Assembly: GCA_947631935.1 (NCBI GenBank)
Contig: CANRNG010000001.1
Span: 5,935 to 69,934 of the forward strand
Reading direction: 5' to 3'
DNA from: an uncultured Erysipelothrix sp.
GTDB taxonomy: Bacteria; Bacillota_I; Bacilli_A; Erysipelotrichales; Erysipelotrichaceae
DNA length: 64,000 nucleotides
The notes under the pieces are model-generated. The model was not told the DNA's origin, did no database searches, and worked only from the letters and a program-made list of their open reading frames with translations. Numbering within the stretch: the stretch's first letter is position 1; the number at the start of each line of letters is the position of its first letter. The translations under genes were made by a program, and so were the position numbers. Positions 29,741 to 39,449 of this stretch are shown one piece after another.

Positions 29741-30574
29741 CTAAACATTACAATTAAATACACCGTTGGTACGGGTACGTTTGTTTAAACTGATAATCTC
29801 AACATCTAAAGTCTTCTTGCGACCCATTTTTACAGTTGGATCACTTTCCGAACCTATAAATAAGTCAACCTTAGATCCCGTGATTGCACCACCTCTATCC
29901 AATACGATGGCTTTAAATGGGACACCACTTTGGATACCATATCCACTGATGGTGTGATTTGAGATTTCTACAACCGTACAAAGCGGAATGGATTGTGAGG
30001 TTGCGATAATATAATATCCCTCATAGGTAATCCCTTCAGACCATGAACCGTCTTTTTGTCTCACTTCGTTATATCCAATTTGAATACCTGCTGATGTACC
30101 ACCACGTTGGGTGGTTGTATCATGATTACATCCATAGCAGTCATAACCATAACGCGTAACTCTGGAAGACGTATAATAGTTTCCAGAAACAACAGGTTGG
30201 TAATCTGCATAGATGGTGGGTGTTGTTTCAATCACCACTTCTTCATCTGGTAATTCTGTTTTACTTAAGAGCACGCCATGCATGTTATATGCAAGCGCAT
30301 ATTTCTTAATCACAGTTCCAGCTTCACCTTCTGATACAAGGCCGCTTACGAAACTCACACCATTTGGATGGTGATGTTGTCCGTTTTGAACCTCTACTGT
30401 GGGTGAGTCCAAAGGAATATATTCCTCTTCTATCTCTATAATATAGGGTTTTGATTCTAATGTTTCAATTTCAAAATCTACCGATGGGTAAACCACATCA
30501 ATACTTGAATCAGCGCTGGTTGCACATGCACTCAAGAAGCCCATCATGGCAAATGCCAAAATGAATTTTTTCAT
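29741..30574 (-). CDS. Lipoprotein with C-terminal 3D/RlpA-like domain (YabE position)
   Basis: Lipobox FLSAC; IATSQSIPLCT...LDRGGAITGSKVDLF; promoter TTGACC-17-TATCGT upstream. Confidence 0.7.
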   Translation of the reverse strand: MKKFILAFAMMGFLSACATSADSSIDVVYPSVDFEIETLESKPYIIEIEEEYIPLDSPTVEVQNGQHHHPNGVSFVSGLVSEGEAGTVIKKYALAYNMHGVLLSKTELPDEEVVIETTPTIYADYQPVVSGNYYTSSRVTRYGYDCYGCNHDTTTQRGGTSAGIQIGYNEVRQKDGSWSEGITYEGYYIIATSQSIPLCTVVEISNHTISGYGIQSGVPFKAIVLDRGGAITGSKVDLFIGSESDPTVKMGRKKTLDVEIISLNKRTRTNGVFNCNV

Positions 30575-30736
30575 GTAAATTTGTCTCCTCTCAAAAAGGC
30601 TTTAAAACGATAACACAAACTATTTTTAAGGTCAAATTTTCAACTTCAAATCGAGATTTACAAACTAAAAAACCGCCGAAAACCCACTAAATAGCGGCCT
30701 TAAGGCGATTCTTCAAAATTATGGGACATTGTGGGA

Positions 30737-31210
30737 TTAGCCAAAAATCTCCCGAATTGTTTCATTTTTCAAAATAAGGTTTCCAACCAATACCCAAGGC
30801 ACAAAGGTCACAATAACCTCCGATACAAAGACCGAACCCATGGTATACAAAATGGGTAACTCAAATAAAACCGTCAACATTATTCCAATAATAACACCAT
30901 TCGCAATGGCAGGTGAGAGATATGAAACCTCTTTAATCTTAATACGAATCATCATTTGAATCGCAACATAGGTCGCAAAAGTTCCGACCACAATATCAAT
31001 GGGACCCGCTGCTGAAAGCGTGTTGGCCAAAGCGGTTCCAACCAAAATACCCAAGGCATTTTTAGGGTGTACCAAGACTAAGATTAATAAAAATTCTGAT
31101 ATTCTAAATTGTTCAGCCATAAAAGATACCGACTGAAATGCAAAGGTCAGTGCCACATAAAGTCCAGCAATAAATGCCTGTAAAACCAATTCCTTTGTTG
31201 TTGTATTCAT
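30737..31210 (-). CDS. queT: QueT-family transporter
   Basis: IAGLYVALT, QFRISE, YLSPAIANGVIIG. Confidence 0.8.
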   Translation of the reverse strand: MNTTTKELVLQAFIAGLYVALTFAFQSVSFMAEQFRISEFLLILVLVHPKNALGILVGTALANTLSAAGPIDIVVGTFATYVAIQMMIRIKIKEVSYLSPAIANGVIIGIMLTVLFELPILYTMGSVFVSEVIVTFVPWVLVGNLILKNETIREIFG

Positions 31211-31314
31211 TTAAATCACTCCTACGTAATGAAAATTATACCATATTTTCAATACCATTTGACAATCTTTCAATAATACCCCATAATTTTAATAATTTAA
31301 GGAAGGTGACTGCA

Positions 31315-32331
31315 TTGATAACACTTAAAAATGTATCCAAAACATTCTACACCGACACCCATACCGTCAAGGCTGTAAGAGATGTTTCTATAAATATAAA
31401 GAAAGGCGAAATCTTTGGAATTATTGGCTATTCTGGGGCTGGAAAGAGTACACTTGTAAGACTCATTAACCTCTTAGAAAAGCCCGATAGTGGCGATGTC
31501 ATCGTCGACAACGAAAATCTCACCACACTTTCAGCCAAAGACCTACGCAATCGAAGAAAGAAGATTGGTATGATTTTCCAACAATTTAATTTATTTGCAT
31601 CACGGACAGTCTATGATAACGTTGCCTTTGCCCTTCCTAAAAACCATGATAAAGATCATGTGCTGAATCTATTGGAACTGGTGGGCATTTCTGATAAGAA
31701 GGATGCTTACCCTTCAGAACTCTCGGGGGGACAAAAACAAAGGGTTGCCATCGCAAGGGCCCTTGCCAACGATCCCAAAGTCTTGCTTTGTGATGAGGCG
31801 ACTTCAGCACTTGACCCCCAAACAACCCAATCCATTTTAAATCTACTTAAAAATTTAAATGAAAAACTGGGTATTACCATTGTGATTATCACCCACGAGA
31901 TGGCCGTCATCAAAGAAATATGTGACCACGTCGCTGTCATGGAAAATGGGGTTGTGGTCGAAGACAATACAGTTGAAGCGGTCTTCTCTAACCCACAATC
32001 AGAAATCACCAAAGAGTTCACTTCCTCAACTTCCAATATTGATAAAATAAAAGACATCTTAAAATCCAATCAAGAAATTTTAGACATCAAAGAAGGGGAG
32101 TATGTGATTAAACTGGACTTCCAAAGTCACCAAATTGCCAAACCCCTCATTTCAGATATTACCCAACGCTTTAACATTCAAGCCAGTATTGTTTATGGCA
32201 CCGTTGATATGATTAAAAACACTCCCTTGGGTTCTCTAATTGTGATTCTCAAAGGAGACTTGGATACGCAAAAAGAAGCCATAACGTATTTACAGAATTT
32301 TACGAAAGTAGAGGTGCTTGTTCATGCTTGA
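31315..32331 (+). CDS. metN: Methionine ABC ATPase with C-terminal NIL domain
   Basis: GYSGAGKST, LSGGQKQRV, CDEATSALDP. TTG start at 31315 after AAGGAAGG. Confidence 0.88.
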   Translation: MITLKNVSKTFYTDTHTVKAVRDVSINIKKGEIFGIIGYSGAGKSTLVRLINLLEKPDSGDVIVDNENLTTLSAKDLRNRRKKIGMIFQQFNLFASRTVYDNVAFALPKNHDKDHVLNLLELVGISDKKDAYPSELSGGQKQRVAIARALANDPKVLLCDEATSALDPQTTQSILNLLKNLNEKLGITIVIITHEMAVIKEICDHVAVMENGVVVEDNTVEAVFSNPQSEITKEFTSSTSNIDKIKDILKSNQEILDIKEGEYVIKLDFQSHQIAKPLISDITQRFNIQASIVYGTVDMIKNTPLGSLIVILKGDLDTQKEAITYLQNFTKVEVLVHA

Positions 32332-32998
32332 AAAATATTTTCCCAATCTCATCCAATACTATGATGAATTTATGCAAGCCATCAACGAAACAACACAGAT
32401 GATGTTGGTTTCAGGCACACTCATTATTGTCTTAGGCCTTATCATTGGGGTCATCATTACTGTTACCAAACCCAAAGGCATCCTTGAAAATAAAATACTC
32501 TATCGCATCACGGATGCACTCACCAATCTCACTTGGTCGATTCCCTTTATGATTTTATACATGATGTTATACCCCTTTGTTTCTTCCCTACTCAAACAAA
32601 ATGCCCTTCGCGTCCCTGGCGCATTCATTCCTTTAATTATTGGGGGTGTACCCTTCTTTATAAGACAAGTAGAAAGTGCCTTATCAGAAGTTGACCCAGG
32701 ATTAATAGAAGCGGCACAATCCATGGGAACCTCTAATTTCCATATTATTACCAGAGTCTACTTAAAAGAAAGTATTCCAGCCCTTGCAAGGGGTGCTTCC
32801 ATTACCTTGGTTGTCTTATTTGGATTGACCACCATTGCGGGTACATTTGGTCCAGGGGGTTTGGGAATCTTTGTGAAACGTTATGGTTATGATCGCAATA
32901 TGTTGGATATTTTATATGTATCCGTCATCATCATCATTGCCTTTGTTTCTTTAATACAAGGCGTCGGTGCTTATATTGCCAAGAAAACAACCCACTAA
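32324..32998 (+). CDS. metI: Methionine ABC permease
   Basis: SIPFMIL, EVDPGLIEAAQSMG, GGLG. Confidence 0.88.
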   Translation: MLEKYFPNLIQYYDEFMQAINETTQMMLVSGTLIIVLGLIIGVIITVTKPKGILENKILYRITDALTNLTWSIPFMILYMMLYPFVSSLLKQNALRVPGAFIPLIIGGVPFFIRQVESALSEVDPGLIEAAQSMGTSNFHIITRVYLKESIPALARGASITLVVLFGLTTIAGTFGPGGLGIFVKRYGYDRNMLDILYVSVIIIIAFVSLIQGVGAYIAKKTTH

Positions 32999-33001
32999 AT
33001 T

Positions 33002-33038
33002 AAAAAAAGGGAGTTATCATCACGATAACTTCCTTTTT
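33002..33038. terminator. Bidirectional terminator between the convergent met modules
   Basis: AAAAAAAGGGAGTTATC-ATCAC-GATAACTTCCTTTTT. Confidence 0.85.
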
Positions 33039-33041
33039 AGT

Positions 33042-33842
33042 TTAAAATGCAGGTTTGCTGGCCCAGTCATAATTTTCAATTAAGAAATCACGTACTTTAT
33101 CTGAATTCAAGACTTCCATCAGTTTTTGAATCTTATCAGCGTCTTTAAGGTCTGGACGTGAAACCAATGAAATTGCATAGCCTTCTGTAACTGCGTCTGT
33201 AATTTCTGTATAGAGGCGTTGTTCATCTCCTACTAACTCTAAATTACGTGCATAAGTTGGATACATTACACTCATCCCTGTTTCCACATATCTTTGAGAT
33301 AAACTTGTGAGGGGCACTTGGTCTGTTAGAACTAAGTTTTTGGGGTTTGAAATGACATCTTCTAGTGTAAGTGATGTTGTGTTTGTTTTATCAACCTCAA
33401 TTAAACCGGCTTGATCCAACAAATAAAGGGCACGGCTGAGGTTGGTGGCATCATCAGCAAGGGTAATGGTTGCACCATCAGGCACATCGTTTAAATCCGT
33501 AATATCCTTTGCGTATAGGGCATAAGTTGCATGGTAGATGGGCATGATGACTTCAAGATCAGCATCATTAGCCTTATTGAATGCTTGTAAGAAATATTGG
33601 TGCTGAATCATATTCGCATCTAACTCATTATCTTTTAATAGGTTATTGGGTGTTTGGTAATCAGAAAATTCATGAATGTTTAGGGTATAACCTGCTTCAT
33701 TTAAATCTGATTCAACCAGTTCCAAAATATCTTTCATGGGGTAAAATGAAACCCCAATATTTAATTCAGTGTCACTGGCAGTCTTTGTTTGACAGCCAAT
33801 AAGTACCAATAATAACAGTCCGATTGTAAAAAACTTCTTCAT
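33042..33842 (-). CDS. metQ: MetQ/NlpA-family lipoprotein
   Basis: Lipobox VLIGC, DYQTPN, DANMIQHQYFL, DATNLSRAL. Confidence 0.85.
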   Translation of the reverse strand: MKKFFTIGLLLLVLIGCQTKTASDTELNIGVSFYPMKDILELVESDLNEAGYTLNIHEFSDYQTPNNLLKDNELDANMIQHQYFLQAFNKANDADLEVIMPIYHATYALYAKDITDLNDVPDGATITLADDATNLSRALYLLDQAGLIEVDKTNTTSLTLEDVISNPKNLVLTDQVPLTSLSQRYVETGMSVMYPTYARNLELVGDEQRLYTEITDAVTEGYAISLVSRPDLKDADKIQKLMEVLNSDKVRDFLIENYDWASKPAF

Positions 33843-33861
33843 TTATATCTCTCCTTCTTTT

Positions 33862-34536
33862 TTAACGTTTATCAATGCTTCTGGAAATCATGTTTCCAAC
33901 CGTTTGTAAGACTTGGACAATTAAGATCATCATCATAATAATAATCCACATCAGTGGGTAGTTAAAGTTATGATAACCTTCAGCGATGGCCAAATAACCC
34001 AAACCACCGCCCCCGATAATACCCATTACGGTTGAATAGGATAACAGAGATATTGAAGCGGATGTGAAGCTTAACACAAGACTTGATCTTGCTTCTACCA
34101 GTAAAAAGTTATTATAGTATTGAAACTTACTGGCCCCAAGGGCATAGGCTGTTTCATACATTTCCTTATTTACATCCAATAAATCTTGCTCCACCAAGCG
34201 GGCATAGGTTGCGATTCCAATAATGGTTAAGGGAATCTTAGAAGCATTGACCCCAAAGCCGGTTCCAATCAACAAGCGGTTTATAGGTATCATTGCGATA
34301 ATAAATAAAATAAAGGGAATGGATCTAAAGATATTAATCAAGCCCGATAAAATAAAATAGATTGATTTATTTTCCGAGACACCCCCCGTTCTGGTAGAAA
34401 AAACCACAATACCCAAGATTAACCCCAAAACACAAGAAAGGACCATGGCCGTGGTCATCATATTCAAGGTGTCCAACAAGGCTTTGATTAAGTCTTCCTT
34501 AAAGTACGCAAGTACCTCCAAATAAGATTGAATCAT
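33862..34536 (-). CDS. metI: Methionine-type ABC permease (second copy)
   Basis: FRSIPFILF, GIIGGGGLG. Confidence 0.82.
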   Translation of the reverse strand: MIQSYLEVLAYFKEDLIKALLDTLNMMTTAMVLSCVLGLILGIVVFSTRTGGVSENKSIYFILSGLINIFRSIPFILFIIAMIPINRLLIGTGFGVNASKIPLTIIGIATYARLVEQDLLDVNKEMYETAYALGASKFQYYNNFLLVEARSSLVLSFTSASISLLSYSTVMGIIGGGGLGYLAIAEGYHNFNYPLMWIIIMMMILIVQVLQTVGNMISRSIDKR

Positions 34537-35246
34537 ACCAAAGCCTCCTTATAGGAGATGGCTTCAATCTCTTTTCGATCGATATCCACAATATCAGAGA
34601 TTGTACCATTTTCTAAGATTGCCACACGATGACACATCGTTTGAATCACCGAAATGTCATGAGAAACAATCACAATGGTCGTACCCATGGTTTCATTGAT
34701 TTCCCGCAACAACTTCAAAACTTCGATTCTCATATTGAAATCCAAAGCCGAAGTGGGCTCATCACAGAAAATAATATCCGGATCACTCATCAAGGTTCTC
34801 GCAATCGCCACACGCTGCTTCTGACCCCCTGATAAGGTCCTTGGATAAGACAATTCATACCCTTTCAGTCCCACAAATTCTAAGTACTGGTGCGCTTTCT
34901 CAACGCTTTTCTCTTTATCCATTTTTCTCAACTTATTGGGCAATAAAACATTATCCAATACAGTTAAGTTCGAAACCAGATTAAAGTGTTGAAAGATGGT
35001 AGCCGTCCTTTTTACCAATTCACTTTGAGAATTGCGATCCATTTTCTGATCCATCAAATAAACCACACCCTCAGTTGATTTAATAAAACCATTCATAATA
35101 CGCAGTAAAGTCGATTTACCACTCCCGGTATCTCCCACAAGCCCAAAGACTTCAGAAGCATTTATGGTTAAATTAATATCACTTAGAATGCGCCTTGGTT
35201 TATTCTGATGCATAAAATCATGTGAAACATGTTCAAGTTGAATCAT
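34533..35246 (-). CDS. metN: MetN-like ABC ATPase, short form (no NIL domain)
   Basis: GDTGSGKST, FQHFNL, LSGGQKQRV, CDEPTSALD; 237 aa. Confidence 0.75.
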   Translation of the reverse strand: MIQLEHVSHDFMHQNKPRRILSDINLTINASEVFGLVGDTGSGKSTLLRIMNGFIKSTEGVVYLMDQKMDRNSQSELVKRTATIFQHFNLVSNLTVLDNVLLPNKLRKMDKEKSVEKAHQYLEFVGLKGYELSYPRTLSGGQKQRVAIARTLMSDPDIIFCDEPTSALDFNMRIEVLKLLREINETMGTTIVIVSHDISVIQTMCHRVAILENGTISDIVDIDRKEIEAISYKEALV

Positions 35247-35328
35247 TCAAACCCTTCTTTCTATCGCAATCAATATTATAGCTAGTAAACCGGTTTCGAT
35301 ACAAACATTTGCCCAAGATAAGGGCAAA

Positions 35329-36060
35329 CTAAAGTTGGGTAAGCGCATTATGTTTACCTATCTTTGTTATTTTCCCATCGCGATAATAGTCTGCTTCCCC
35401 TGCTAAATAGAGCACATCTTTCTCTAAATAGAAGTAGACACCATCTTCAATCGCATAAAAATCAATCTGATGGGAATCTTTAAGTGCAATATCCACCATG
35501 ATATCCAAACCATCCAATGTTTGACCCACAAGTTCATTGACATGGGGCACCATTCTTTTATCAAATAAACCCAACCCTTTAAGAAGATTGGGTTTGTTGG
35601 AAGCGAGAGCTTCACCCACTTCTTCAGCCATTGCATAAACAATATCCGCTGCATTCATACTGCCAGCAGAAATACCCACAATGATACCTTGGTAAGGGTG
35701 GATGGTTTCTTTTAAGTTTATTTTTTTAAAATATTCATTTTGAGTGGGGACATGACCTCCTGCCAAAATCAAAACATCATAATCATGGATGTCATAATCT
35801 GTTCGTGCATCCAAGACATCAATAGCATGATAACTTAAATCACTCAGTTGAAAGGATACTTTATAGATATCTCTGTAATAATCGTTAATTTCATAGGCCA
35901 AAGGGGATGAGCTGATCATCAAAACGTTCGCTTGATGGGGCCAAACTGCTTGGAGTCTATCTAGAAATTGATTGGTGTTCGCAATACGCGTAGGGATACT
36001 TTCTTCATTCACATCTACAGTGGTCATCATACTGCTGGTGAAAAAACATGTTTTACTCAT
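35329..36060 (-). CDS. Peptidase S51 / type 1 glutamine amidotransferase-like protein
   Basis: LAGG, nucleophile elbow GISAGSM, MVPH. Confidence 0.7.
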   Translation of the reverse strand: MSKTCFFTSSMMTTVDVNEESIPTRIANTNQFLDRLQAVWPHQANVLMISSSPLAYEINDYYRDIYKVSFQLSDLSYHAIDVLDARTDYDIHDYDVLILAGGHVPTQNEYFKKINLKETIHPYQGIIVGISAGSMNAADIVYAMAEEVGEALASNKPNLLKGLGLFDKRMVPHVNELVGQTLDGLDIMVDIALKDSHQIDFYAIEDGVYFYLEKDVLYLAGEADYYRDGKITKIGKHNALTQL

Positions 36061-36814
36061 GGGTTAACCTCCGATAGTTTTCATAAATTAAAGCTTGAAC
36101 GGCTTCATCGTTCATGTCCTTTAACTTCGCAATTTCCTTACCTACATAAGAAACATAAGCCGGTTGATTTTTCTTACCCCGAAAAGGATGGGGGGTTAAA
36201 TAAGGCGAATCTGTTTCAGTTAGTAAAACTGTTTCAGGTAAGTTTGTTACAAGATTTTGTACGTTTTCACCATTTTTAAACGTCACAATACCCCCCACCC
36301 CAATGTAATAACCCATATCCACAAAACGTCTGGCACTCTTTACATCTTCAGTAAAACAATGCGCAATGCCTTTGCGATTGACGGGGTATTTCTTTAAAAT
36401 ATCATAGACGTCATCGGATGAATCCCGCATATGAATGGAAATGGGGAGGTTTAATTCATTGGCGACTTGAATTTGGTGGACAAAGATTTCTTTTTGAAGG
36501 TCTTTATAACTTTCATCCCAGTAGTAATCCAAGCCAATCTCACCTATAAATTTTACTTTGGGTGACTTCGCATAAGCCATCATTTCGTTTAATTCTTGCA
36601 TATCAATATGTTTAACTGATCCAGGGTGTACGCCAATCGCAAAATCAAAGAAATCATCATCCCCCGCAAGCTCAAAAGCAGCCTCCACTTCATTGAGTGA
36701 GCCCAATATCGCACAAATCTTGGTTACACCGTGCGCTATCGCATTTTTCTTAACCTCAACTATATCTTCTCTTTCAAAAATATGGGCATGGGTATCAATC
36801 CAACCTGTTTTCAT
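36053..36814 (-). CDS. tatD: TatD-family nuclease
   Basis: DTHAH, IGEIGLDYYW, IHMRD, HCF, ETDSPYL. Confidence 0.94.
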   Translation of the reverse strand: MKTGWIDTHAHIFEREDIVEVKKNAIAHGVTKICAILGSLNEVEAAFELAGDDDFFDFAIGVHPGSVKHIDMQELNEMMAYAKSPKVKFIGEIGLDYYWDESYKDLQKEIFVHQIQVANELNLPISIHMRDSSDDVYDILKKYPVNRKGIAHCFTEDVKSARRFVDMGYYIGVGGIVTFKNGENVQNLVTNLPETVLLTETDSPYLTPHPFRGKKNQPAYVSYVGKEIAKLKDMNDEAVQALIYENYRRLTHE

Positions 36815-36821
36815 ATACTTC

Positions 36822-38165
36822 CTACTTTCCTAAACAGAAACGACTGAATATTTCATCCAGTATATCTATATCTTGTTTCGGCATGATAACAGACGCCAAC
36901 TCACGATACGATTCATTGAGGTCCATGGTCACCAAATCCAGTTCAATTCCCATCTCTAAAGCTTCTATTGCGCGCTCCATGGATAAGTAACTGGATCTCA
37001 CAGCCGCAATATGACGTTCATTGGAGAGGGTGGGTGTTTTTAAGGCACGGGTATGTTCCGCAAACATCGCGTTTATTTTATCTGTTAAAAAAGAAACATC
37101 CCCTTCAAGTGCAGAAACATAGATACCCTCATCCGGCTTTTGAATTAAGTCGGCTTTATTATAGACAATAATTCGTTCCTTATCTTTTGTTTTTTCTAAA
37201 AGTTCTAAATCTTCTGCATCTCTTTTCTCTGATGCATCAAAAACAATAATCACCAAATCCGCTTCATCAAGGGCTTTGCGACTCTTTTCAATTCCAATTT
37301 GTTCAATCTTATCCCCAGTTTCCCTTAGACCAGCTGTATCGATGAGATGCAGCGCCACATTATCCAGTTTAATCCAACCTTCTACCAAATCTCGAGTCGT
37401 ACCTGCAATGTCAGTCACAATAGCCTTATCTTCATTTAAGAGCACATTTAAAATGCTGGATTTACCCACATTGGGTTTTCCCAAAATAACAGTCTTAACC
37501 CCCTCTTTCATGATGCGACCACTCTTTGATTCTTTTAAGATGATGCCCAAATCATGAAGTAGATCTATGGTTCTGGGCAATAAAGAGGCTTGCGTCAACA
37601 TTTCCACATCATCATACTCAGGGTAATCAATGTTCACTTCAATGGTCGCAAGTATTTCTAAAAGACGATCAAGATAGGGGGTAATGAGCTCTTTAATATT
37701 ACCTTGGACACCTGAAATCGCAAGTTCTCTGGCAAAATCATTTTCTGAACGGATTAGATCCATCACAGAATCTGCTTGGGTTAAATCAATCCGGCCATTT
37801 AAGAAGGCGCGTTGTGTAAATTCTCCATTGGTGGCCATACGTGCCCCTGCACTTAAAACCAGTTCCAATACTTTTTTAGTCACCAAAACCCCACCATGAC
37901 AACTGATCTCGACGATATCTTCACGAGTATAGGTTTTAGGGGCTCTATAGACCGTCAATAAAACTTCATCAATCACCGCTTTATCAACAGGATCAATGAT
38001 ATGGCCATAGGTTACAGTGTGGCTTTTTCTTTTTAATAAATCTTTTGAAAAGAGTTTATCTGCAATTTCAATCGCATCATCCCCACTCAATCGTATGACT
38101 GAGATGGCACTTTCAGAAAGTGCGGTAATGATGGCTGCGATGGTATCTTTTAAATGATAACTCAT
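36822..38165 (-). CDS. mnmE: tRNA modification GTPase
   Basis: GKPNVGKSS, IAGTTRD, DTAG, FSRFCLGK C-terminus. Confidence 0.97.
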   Translation of the reverse strand: MSYHLKDTIAAIITALSESAISVIRLSGDDAIEIADKLFSKDLLKRKSHTVTYGHIIDPVDKAVIDEVLLTVYRAPKTYTREDIVEISCHGGVLVTKKVLELVLSAGARMATNGEFTQRAFLNGRIDLTQADSVMDLIRSENDFARELAISGVQGNIKELITPYLDRLLEILATIEVNIDYPEYDDVEMLTQASLLPRTIDLLHDLGIILKESKSGRIMKEGVKTVILGKPNVGKSSILNVLLNEDKAIVTDIAGTTRDLVEGWIKLDNVALHLIDTAGLRETGDKIEQIGIEKSRKALDEADLVIIVFDASEKRDAEDLELLEKTKDKERIIVYNKADLIQKPDEGIYVSALEGDVSFLTDKINAMFAEHTRALKTPTLSNERHIAAVRSSYLSMERAIEALEMGIELDLVTMDLNESYRELASVIMPKQDIDILDEIFSRFCLGK

Positions 38166-38213
38166 GGATTCACCTCTTCTATATTCATTTAGTAAAAAAG
38201 TAAGACCTTGGCC

Positions 38214-38882
38214 CTACTTTTCGATTTTTTCTATCCCATTTTGGGTTGCTTTTATGACTAAATCACACATGTCAATAAACAATCCATGTTCCACAACCCC
38301 AACCATGGCTTTAAGTTCCTTGGCCAGTGCATGGACATCTGGAATCTTATGCATATTGAGATCCAAGATATAGTTGCCAGAATCTGTCTTATATTTTTCT
38401 TGGCCTTGCATACGCCATTCAGGACGGTATCCTTTAACTGCCAACTCAACATAGACGGCTTGGCTTCCAAAAGGAATGACTTCAACCGGAAGTGGAAATC
38501 CACCCAAATGTTCAACATGCTTTGAATCATCCACAATCCAGATGACTTTTTTAGACATGTTGGCGACCACTTTTTCAAATAAAAGTGCACCCCCACCGCC
38601 TTTAATACCATCCAAATCATCATTGAACTCATCTGCACCATCAATCACAATGTCCACATAAGGAATCTCATTGATGTCTTTCAGAGGAATATTCAAGGCA
38701 ATAGCTTGTTCTTTGGAACGGGTTGAAGTGGGAACTCCCACGATATCCAGTCCCTCTTCTTTAACTCTTCTACCCAATTCTTCAATCATGTAATAGGCAG
38801 TTGAGCCTGTTCCCAAACCCACAACCATGCCATCTTCAACATAGCTTGCAGCTTCAATCCCCACAATTTGTTTTAAATTCAT
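38214..38882 (-). CDS. rpiA: Ribose-5-phosphate isomerase A
   Basis: GLGTGSTA, DGADE, KGGGGAL, GVVEHGLF. Confidence 0.97.
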   Translation of the reverse strand: MNLKQIVGIEAASYVEDGMVVGLGTGSTAYYMIEELGRRVKEEGLDIVGVPTSTRSKEQAIALNIPLKDINEIPYVDIVIDGADEFNDDLDGIKGGGGALLFEKVVANMSKKVIWIVDDSKHVEHLGGFPLPVEVIPFGSQAVYVELAVKGYRPEWRMQGQEKYKTDSGNYILDLNMHKIPDVHALAKELKAMVGVVEHGLFIDMCDLVIKATQNGIEKIEK

Positions 38883-39439
38883 AGTCTACCTTCTAACTTT
38901 AATCTTTCTAGTGTTTTACGAACCTCAATTTTTGCGTGTGCTTGAATTTCAATGACTTCAGCACCCATGTAGGTTGCATAGTTGCGCAATTCAACCGCAA
39001 TCCCGGTATGAAAAGATGCGCCAATAACCAAGAAGATATCACCTTCTTTAAGTTTGGATACCTCTTGCATGGCCACTTGATAATTGGGTGCAGGATCACC
39101 ATAAAGAACAGGTTTACCCACCAATGTATCCGCAGTCGACATTTCAGCTTCATTTGGCATAACACCATGAAGTGTTAAGGGCTTACTTCCTGCTTTTTCA
39201 TGAAGACCATCAATATTCATGGTAATAACAGGAACCCCATACTCAAAGAGTGCCCGATGGGCATCATTGGGTTCTGCAATTTGAATGACCTGGTTTAAAT
39301 TTCTAAGTGTATTGATATAGGCTTTGGGGTGTTTCTTGGCGTAGCTTCTATAAAGACGCTCTCTAACTTCTGGTTGTTCCATAAAGGTTGCAATTCCAGA
39401 ATCACGAGAAATCCCAGCGCCTGTAAATGCTAAGATCAT
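38879..39439 (-). CDS. Short Sir2-family (sirtuin) protein
   Basis: FTGAGISRDSGIATF, TMNIDGLH, LHG, KPVLYGD, IGAS. Confidence 0.8.
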   Translation of the reverse strand: MILAFTGAGISRDSGIATFMEQPEVRERLYRSYAKKHPKAYINTLRNLNQVIQIAEPNDAHRALFEYGVPVITMNIDGLHEKAGSKPLTLHGVMPNEAEMSTADTLVGKPVLYGDPAPNYQVAMQEVSKLKEGDIFLVIGASFHTGIAVELRNYATYMGAEVIEIQAHAKIEVRKTLERLKLEGRL

Positions 39440-39449
39440 AATATGGCTC

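Noticed and set aside
30575-30736. c-di-AMP or c-di-GMP riboswitch ahead of the 3D gene
   Set aside because: Only a weak GC hairpin with a T tract (likely the queT terminator) and a promoter; no consensus motifs.
31211-31314. preQ1 riboswitch before queT, or S-box/T-box before metN
   Set aside because: The queT -10 (TGGTATAAT) leaves only about a 20-nt leader, and no aptamer motifs are visible.
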